DNA of 64,000 nt from Eledone cirrhosa. Lineage: Eukaryota. The translations under genes and the position numbers were made by a program. Positions 55,320 to 64,000 of this stretch are shown here, in pieces; positions within the stretch are counted from its first letter, which is position 1; each line of letters opens with the position of its first letter. The notes beneath the pieces are model-generated. The model did no database searches, was not told where the DNA came from, and saw nothing but the letters and a program-made list of their open reading frames with translations. The stretch spans positions 279,186,001 through 279,250,000 of the forward strand of contig OZ024742.1 in NCBI GenBank assembly GCA_964016885.1, written 5' to 3'.

Positions 55320-57140
55320 ATCCTAAAATGTTCAGTGGTACACAAAGAACAATTCTTTGTGCCACTTTCGTATCTAAAATAGACCAATCGATTGAGTACG
55401 GGATGTTTTTATCTTTGAATTCCCACACCCTATTTGCGAGAGCCGTTGCTGTTCTTTTATCAGAGTGTTTAAAAGAAGCGACATGTGCATAAAACCTGGT
55501 TTTGAACCTGTGCCGAGTCATGCCAACATATCGTTCACTCCTGGCTGGCTGGTTATTAACAAAGGTGTCACTTTGGCCTCATATACAACGGATTTGGTAT
55601 TACATTTGCCCTGTAATGGGCATTCATCCGCCTTCCTGCAACTGCATCCTGGACTTATTCTCGTACGATTAAAATTAGTTATTTTAGACTTCATTGATGG
55701 GCAGCAAGAGTAACTGATTTTAACTAAATTTCTATTAATTATCTAATAATATCTATGATTAGGAGGAAAATGTTTGTCTAAGAGGTCAAGGAATTTCCTT
55801 CCTACATTAGTTTTGACCGTTAGAGAGATGGGGAGGGGGTAAGCCAAATAATTTTCCTTTTTCTATTATTGTGATTAGTTTTAGGGGGAGGAGTAGGTAA
55901 ATATTTAATATGTTCTTAAACCCGCTGTTATTAAGGGCCTTATTATAATAAGGGGCGGCTTTGTTAAAAATGTCTAGAGACGAAGATATGGTAGAAATCC
56001 TACGGCTAATATTGGGAATGAGATTTTTTAAAACTATAGGGGGATGGCAAAACTCTTTGTGTATATATCTAAGATTTTCGTTAGGTTTATGATAAGGTTT
56101 AAAAGAGGCAGTAAGTAGATCAAGATTAATGTCAAGAAAGTTAGCATTGGTAAGGTTCGTATCTATAGTAATTTTAAGGTTTAGATTAGCAAAAAGATTT
56201 GATTAAATCTTTACAGAATTTATCAAGGGTATGGCCGTAGGTGGTATGAGAAACTTCCAATCCGTCGTCACGGTATAAACCGATATTATGGGAAGGAAAT
56301 CTCTCTTTAAGGGTGTGAATAATGAATAATCCTACTTAGTCACACACATCCGCACTGTCATATGAACGCATTGCAACATCAAAAGAGTTTTCAGGGTTTG
56401 ACTTTTTAACCCAAATACTTTCATTAGTAAAGAGTAGAGTTTTACTAGCATGAAAGATAATGTCTTCTTCTAATGTAGAAATATTAATGAAGGGTCTTGC
56501 AAAATCTAAGGCTTTAGTTAATAAGGAAACAGTAATAGAGGTGTAAAAATCAACAATATCAAATTGGGTAAATCTACACTTATTTTCTCCTTGTATTAAA
56601 CCAAGAAATTACAGAGGATGTATTTAACCATTGAGATAAGTCAGTCTTAGTTCTAATTTGGAGAATCATTTTTCTTAAGATTTTTTTACTTGCAAAGCCA
56701 ACTTCGGATTTAGACGGTTTAATCAGTCTACAGCTAGGTCGATTAGTAAAGTCTAATGTATGGTCTTTAAGGGTAATATATGCTTTACGTTTAGCTAGGA
56801 TTTCAATCCGGTTGTATATTTTTAAAACACTAGCTAGTACTTTAGCTTCTTTATTAATAGTATTGTAGGTGTTATTATTAGTTAATTGATATTTGTTGGT
56901 GATACTATTAGTTAAAAGTTGGTTATACAAAATACTATTTTCTTCAAAGAGATTTTTAGGTTTATCGGAAAGAACAAAAGTGTTTGTAGAATTTTTAAAA
57001 TTAGAAATATCGTTAGAAAGTTTAGTTTGAAAATTATTATTGTACTTACGAAATTTGATATCACTAATTAAATTAACAAGGTCTAATTCGAAGTTGGCCA
57101 TGTCTTTAATTCTATGTGAGTATTTACGGGATTTTATGTC
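55320..57140 (-). mobile_element. Naiad-type Penelope-like element, decayed
   Basis: CRLIKPSKSEVG; FTQFDIVDFYTSI; FDVAMRSYDSADVC; IGLYRDDGL; GCSCRKADECPLQGKC..VVYEAKV..YVGMT..FKTRFYAH; CSLCTTE. Subclade call is from recalled motifs. Confidence 0.88.
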
Positions 57141-57763
57141 AAAACAATCATATATGTATATATATACTACATGCATATTGTGTACATGTACGTATGTATG
57201 TTTGTATATATATATATTGCAAGGGTTTTGATATGAAATCGTGTGTCGAAACAAATAGTTATACTTGGGAAGGGTCCTATAGTTGTAATAATATTGCCAG
57301 AATTAATAATAGAACACACTCACTGTTTGGTTTGTTTTCGCTTCTGTATCTTTTATATCAGTTAATTCATTCGGTCCTCAATCTACAAAAACGTCTTCTA
57401 CAAAACGTGAAAGCCACTTCAACTTGCCTGAACTCCAAGACCGAGATCTACAGATGTTTTCCTCACCTGAAACCACATCTGATCTGTAACTGGATTGACA
57501 TTCCTACGATGATTCAACCACCCTGAACTTCTTATCTGCCCTCTACGCCTTACATCCACTACGATTTTTATTACTTTCTGAACTCACTATCTCAACTCAT
57601 TTATATTTATATTCTTTTTCTCCATTACCTCCCCTTTTATTTAAACTTTTTCCTATGTCATTTATTTTCCTTCTTCCTCCTACTTTCTACCTTACCCTTT
57701 ACATACCCACCTTTTTATTTATAGATATTTATAGATATATTATTTCTGTGTGTATATATGTGT

Positions 57764-57842
<79 letters not shown>

Positions 57843-57853
57843 GTATGTATATA

Positions 57854-57898
<45 letters not shown>

Positions 57899-58295
57899 TT
57901 GTATGTGTATTCTTAGTTATATGTATGGGTCTATATGTGTGTGTATATATAATTGCCTCAAAGACGGCTTGAGGTCTGCCGTCAGGATCATACTTTTTCC
58001 TATATGTATATATATGTACATATATATATGTATATATGTGTGTATTTGTATGGTTTTGTGTGTGTGCGTGTGTGTGTGTGTGTATATGTGTATGTATATG
58101 CATAATTACATACAGAGTGATTTAATGTTTATTTTCATTGATTATTTGCTCCAGGAACTTTTTGAGTGCTCTAAATCAGCTATAAACATTTATACCTCTA
58201 TCTATTTTTTTTTTTTTTTTTTTGTCGTATTCCCAACTATTTGTTTACCTCTTCCACCTTTTTATTTTTATATATATATAATATTTCTGTATGTT

Positions 58296-58347
<52 letters not shown>

Positions 58348-58357
58348 TAAATATAAA

Positions 58358-58478
58358 TGAGATTATACATGACTAGAACTGTTTCATTCCTTAGAAATCA
58401 TCAGGAATCTGTTTTATACTCTGCTATGTATTGAGTACCTTACTTACTGTGGTTACCTCCGATTCAAACCGGAATAAC
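58358..58478. repeat. Family E fragment: inverted HHR segment joined to a direct tail
   Basis: 58358-58410 is the reverse complement of about 29485-29537; 58415-58477 matches 29555-29617. Confidence 0.75.
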
Positions 58479-58511
58479 GTATATATATATATATATATAT
58501 ATATATTTTAA

Positions 58512-58880
58512 AAAAATAGAGGCGTAACACACGAGTTGTGATATATTAGCAAAAGAAAAAGAAAATGCTGACAAATTTTTCCCAGTGAAAAATAGTTTAA
58601 TTAGCAATAAGTATAAATTACTAATAAGTATTGGTTAGGATTCAGTTTTATTTTTAAGATTTTACCGGTTGCGCATTTCTAATTCTTTTCAAAAATAATT
58701 TTGAGATAGAGCGCTCGTGATGTTTGCTCTAATCTGATCAGTTTTGGAAATTCTTCCTGTTTTATGTGAAAAATGTGGCTCCAGAGGTATTAAGATTTGG
58801 TTGGTTTGAATGTCACGTGAATGAGTACTATAAATTTTGCGCCAATTCGTGTTGCAAAGATTCTTGTAGTCAAAACAATT
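58512..58880 (-). mobile_element. Linear (non-palindromic) family A copy continuing into a PLE endonuclease C-terminus
   Basis: Matches 20717-20940, then continues past CTGATCAG into frameshifted FDYK..NWRK..HIQTN.PNLN-like sequence. Confidence 0.75.
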
Positions 58881-58899
58881 TATATATATATATATACAC

Positions 58900-58934
<35 letters not shown>

Positions 58935-58935
58935 C

Positions 58936-59019
<84 letters not shown>

Positions 59020-59743
59020 GGGATAACAAGTTATCGTTATGGCAGTCCACTTAGATATAGTCCAGTTGGAGTAGTTCTTGTAGTGGATAGTATTATCGTG
59101 TGGCTTAGTTTGGCTCAACAAGACGTTTCCACAGTGATGCAGCGAGTTCGCGGTGATTTCTATGTAGTTTATACTTGGAGCAATAATAATTCATGAAAGA
59201 AGATTGACATGGTTCGCTATAAAATAAGGGCTTTATTCACATTGCTGACAATTGTTTCTTTTATCTGGTAGGTCTAGAATTCGCTATACACCTGATTATG
59301 CGCCAATCGATCTCCAATACTTTGTTCATAACCAATCTTTTTCATCGGAGCGGGTGAAATGAAGAAAATACATAACGCATGGTTTTTATATAAGTGTGGT
59401 ATTAAACAAAACAATAATATCAACGATAACATAAAATAACTAGATAGCAGACAATTAAAATAATAACATCAATATAAGTAAGATATAGAGTATAATGGAG
59501 AATCTAGCATGTTAAACCAACTGATATGATACAGATATATGGAATTGACATGTGAAAACTGCTGTAGGGTAAATTAGATATAGTAATGGGGCAGCGAATA
59601 GATAACAGTTACCACAAAGATGTACTTGGAGACAGAATTTATGAGGTATCTACTCTGCTGTAGGCATTCTAGCAATAAACCGGAGATTTACTTTTTATTT
59701 TTTTACTATTTGACAGATAGTGTATCATAGTGTATATATATAT

Positions 59744-60111
59744 ATATACGATATTAACAAATGGAAACTATATTTATAAAACCATATCTATTTTATTATA
59801 CATATTTCAAGGATACCATGTTAAATTATGGTATGCTTTCATCAGACAAAATACAATATATACCAGTTTTATAAATAAATATTGACATACCTTTCAAAAT
59901 GCAACCGTTACTTTTGGAAGACACCCCATATGTCTTCCAAAAGTAACGGTTGCATTTTGAAAGGGTATGTCAATATTTATTTATAAGACAGGTATATATT
60001 GTATTTTGTCTGATGAAAGCATACCATAATTTAACATGGTATCCTTGAAATATGTATAATAAAATAGATATGGTTTTATAAATATAGTTTCCATTTGTTA
60101 ATATCGTATAT
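59744..60111. repeat. Near-perfect fold-back palindrome, 7-nt loop
   Basis: Loop 59924-59930; arms about 180 bp with very few mismatches. Confidence 0.95.
60002..60066 (+). ncRNA. Type I hammerhead; mirror copy at about 59788-59852 (-)
   Basis: TATTTTGT CTGATGA AAG c ATACCAT aatttaac ATGGTAT c CTT GAA ATA tg TAT A ATAAAATA; AUA site. Confidence 0.78.
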
Positions 60112-60193
60112 TTACTCCAAATACTTGTCGAGTGCTTTATATCATTTATAAAAATATTTGGTTGTTGTATCCCAACAATTTATTTAGAACTTT

Positions 60194-60266
<73 letters not shown>

Positions 60267-60699
60267 TATTTACCCATAGGCTTGTATCTATACAAATATA
60301 TCTATGTATATCAACATTCATTGAAAATAATGTCGATTTTGCTGCGATGCACGAGGAATGCATTTCTATAATACAATGTTGCCCATTTTCTGGTTTTGAC
60401 TGTTATAATTTCACTCACCTGTTTTGTTGTACAATTCAACGCATTTAATTGATTGTCAGCATCATAGAATTACATATATTCATCATTTTAATTCATCAAC
60501 GTATAAAGATGTATACGTGCAAGCCTGGTCCTCCCATACACTTCCATACACCTCACACTCACATATGTATATATATTTATATATATATATAAATATATAT
60601 ATGTATATCTATATATATATATATAAATATATATATATACATATTTACACACACACACGCGCGCGCGCGCGCACACACACACACACACATACACACACA

Positions 60700-60756
<57 letters not shown>

Positions 60757-61644
60757 CCAGTGTTTGGCTTTACATTTATTTCCTGTTTTACACACGATTA
60801 AGTGGTATGGAAGGTTGGTCTTTATTAAGTCCCTTTGAAGTGTATTCACCGTGATAGTGCTGTTGGTTGGCTGTCAAATGATTTGTAGAAGTTATATGGC
60901 ATGAGTAAAGGGGAAAATATGTATATATTGGTGGATTATTGATGATGTTATTATATCATTGTGTGTGGGACACGAAAGGAGTGAAAGAAAACAGAGACAA
61001 AGCAGGGGATATGATAGTGTGCATATCATGTAGACAGATAAAAACACATTCATTTAGACAAATATACATATTGAAATGGAATCGCTTGGTTTTATCTATG
61101 AGTATTCAGGTATTTGATCAATTGATCTCCTTGCTAGTTGAAATATCGTGCAAGAATACCTGGCGTTGTTTTTCACGGACACGTACACTCCTAATATAAT
61201 AAAAGTACACTTAACCATGGTGATACAATGAGGGATCGAACCTAAAGCGTACGTTGGTACTAGTGACGTTGTTGCTGCTGTTGCTATTGTTGTTTTCACT
61301 GTTTATCACCTCCGTACTCTATGTTTGTTGAGTGTTTGTAGCCACATCGTTGTTAACACATGCGTTTTTAAGGAAAGACAGAATGAAAGAGAGAGAGAAT
61401 ATTTTGACGTCATATTTTTGTTGTTGTTTGACTTTGTTAAAACAAATGTTTTTTTTTGTGATTTCTGCCCTTTTTTCGGCCCTCTACAACGAGGATGGAT
61501 TTCTTAAGTTACCAAAATAAAAGTGAAACTCCTCTTGGAACCCCAAATGTGTTTAAACCGGTAAGTAGTTGCCTTCCTTCGGAACGACCTTAATACACGT
61601 GTTACCGTTTTGAAATCCAATAACGGATTCTGATTTAGACACAC

Positions 61645-62050
61645 GGCCAATCATTTTGGAGGAAGGGGAAAGTCGATTACATTGACCCCGGTACATTACT
61701 GGCGTCTTATTCATCGACCTCGTGAGGTTGAAAGGCAAAGCTAACCTCGGGTAAATTTTAACTCAGATCGTAAACGGACGTAATTCTCTGCCACCACGCA
61801 GGGTGTCCGACGCTCTAACCATACGGCCAACACCCCAGCCTTTATAGTAATAATTGTTTCTGCTTTTGGCACAGGGCCAGCAATAACCCAGTACATTACT
61901 GGAACTTTATTTTATCGACCCCGTAAGAATGAAAGGCAAAGTTAACCTTGGATGGAATTGAACTCAGATCGTAAAGGGACGTAACTATAGTTGTAAGCAT
62001 GACGTTTGACACTCTACCGATACTGCCAATCCACCACCCTTTATTATTAT

Positions 62051-62096
<46 letters not shown>

Positions 62097-62545
62097 GTTT
62101 TGTAATTTAGGAACAAGGCCTGTAATTTGAATGAGGAAGGGAAAAGTCGATTAAATCTACCCAGTGCATTACTGGTACATTATTTGATCGACTCCGTAAG
62201 GATGAAAGCCAAAGCCACCATCGGCGGGATTTGAAAGCATAACGCAAAGGGCCGTAACTCTCTGCCGCCAAGCAGGGTCTCTGATGCTCTACCGATACTG
62301 CTAATCCACGACCCTTTATAATAATAATGGTTTCTTATATAGGCACAAGGCTTGTAATTTGGGGGTAGGGGAAAATCGAATAAATCGACACCAGTACCTT
62401 ATTGGTAATTTATTTTATCGACCCCCTAACGATGAAAGCCAAACTATCCTCGGCGGGATTTGAACTCTTAACGTAAAGAGCCGTAACTCTCTGTCACCAA
62501 GCAGGGTGTCTGACGTTCTACCGATACTGCCAATCCCCCACCAGT
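61645..62545 (-). mobile_element. Tandem array of 4 SINEs (Meta-domain type) separated by (TAA)n
   Basis: Units of about 200 bp, each a reverse complement of 32463-32682. Confidence 0.85.
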
Positions 62546-62586
<41 letters not shown>

Positions 62587-63029
62587 GGATAATAACAGAA
62601 GCGACAAGAAGGACAACACTTTGCATTAACAATTGCAGGAAATATAAATTAGTGTAAAAAACACAGACTAATCGAAGAGTTTTCTAGACATTGCTCTTAT
62701 AGATAAGCCCCAAGCTGATCACTGATCAATTATGTCTTTGATTGATTGTCATGCTGTTTCCGGTGATAAAATATATCACTTCTGGGAATGAGTTAGTAGG
62801 ATGATGTAAGTTTACTCAAATAGTATGTAAGTGACTCTGAAGCTGTGATTAGTGAGCAAACAGACATCTACTGGTTCCTCCCTCCACACACACAGTCTCC
62901 CCCCTCTCTCTCTATATATATACATATATATACACTATCGACAGTCGATCGACTTTCATCAAATCGGACTGAGGAAACAACGTTTCCATCGGTCTTTCCA
63001 ATTGCTAATACTATCTATCGGTTGCAACT

Positions 63030-63157
63030 CCAGGTAGAAGGAACAACATGAAATAAAGTGTCTTGCTCAAGGACATAACGCATGGCCTGGTCCGGGAATC
63101 GAACTCACAACATCAAAATTGCGAATCCAATTCTCTAACCACTCAGCCACGCGCCTT
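63030..63157 (-). mobile_element. tRNA-derived SINE 5' part
   Basis: Minus strand: ggcgcg TGGCTGAGTGG..GTTCGATTCCC..tgtccttgagcaagac. Confidence 0.8.
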
Positions 63158-63167
63158 CACATATACA

Positions 63168-63230
<63 letters not shown>

Positions 63231-63968
63231 TATTTTTATTTTTAATATTTTTAATATTTTTATTTTTAATATTTTTTTGTTTTTTATTTTTTTATTTTTA
63301 ATATTTATTTGTTTTTTATTTTTTTATTTTTTTGTTTCTGATATTTTTATTGATATATTGATATCTGTTCTCTATTTATGCTTGAACGATAATCATGTAG
63401 AGTAAAGACAAGAATAGTATTGTTAAAATTAATGTAGACTCTATATATATTTGTGTGTATGTACACATATATGTATACTAGAATTTTTATAGCACAATGA
63501 GAATGTTTTCGTCTGAAATAGGAATTTGCAGAGTTGATCACGTAAATTCACATGGATGTCTATAGTATCGAATCTGGGAAAACCTTCTATTTAACTCAAC
63601 TCTGATATAAACCTAGGAATTTTAAACTAGACATATGATCATCATTATTTTTCACACATTATTGATACGTGTCTCATTCTGAATACTGATATTTACATTA
63701 TAATGCCTGATTTATACGAATTGATATTTTTACATTGATGAAACATAATGTTTTAAATCTGCCTCGTTTATGTCTGGATATTTTTCTTTTCTCTCTATGT
63801 AACGGCTGTTTTCTCTCCTAACCACATATATCTCTCTCTACATTAATACTAGAGCTAAATAAATAAATAAATAAATAAATAAATATATCATTGATACGTC
63901 ATTCAACTGGTGCCCAACTACCTATTTTCTTTCTCTCTATCTCTATCTATATCTATCTCTCTATATTT

Positions 63969-64000
<32 letters not shown>

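Noticed and set aside
55340-55650. Selenocysteine-recoding Naiad
   Set aside because: The Cys motif positions I read (CSC..CP..C, CSLC) are TGC/TGT, not TGA
61645-62545. CRISPR-like or functional spaced array
   Set aside because: Eukaryotic ~200-bp SINE units, no unique spacers, no cas genes

Overview
AT-rich animal genomic DNA, almost entirely repeats. The SINE sequences and extreme (TA)n/(CA)n load resemble an octopus/coleoid genome (inference from recalled repeats). No host gene is confidently identifiable, and most listed ORFs are microsatellite translations. Retroelements present: three large decayed Penelope-like elements (PLEs, RT plus GIY-YIG; one Naiad-type), several PLE end fragments, an Ingi/Vingi-like LINE, a young 5'-truncated CR1-group LINE with a 640-aa open RT ORF, an R4/Dong-like RLE element, RTE fragments, tRNA-derived SINE arrays and a MITE. 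The main signal lies outside the ORFs. About 15 fold-back or inverted-repeat structures (0.1-5 kb), mostly embedded in (TA)n tracts and mostly ORF-less, occur alongside about 20 hand-foldable type I hammerhead ribozyme (HHR) motifs from at least 10 apparently unrelated families. These include U3-A8, A13C, palindromic stem III and very long stem II variants. One family folds back at the same axis in two separate loci, and a linear relative shows the arm is a PLE 3' end. All folds were done by eye, and boundaries are approximate.
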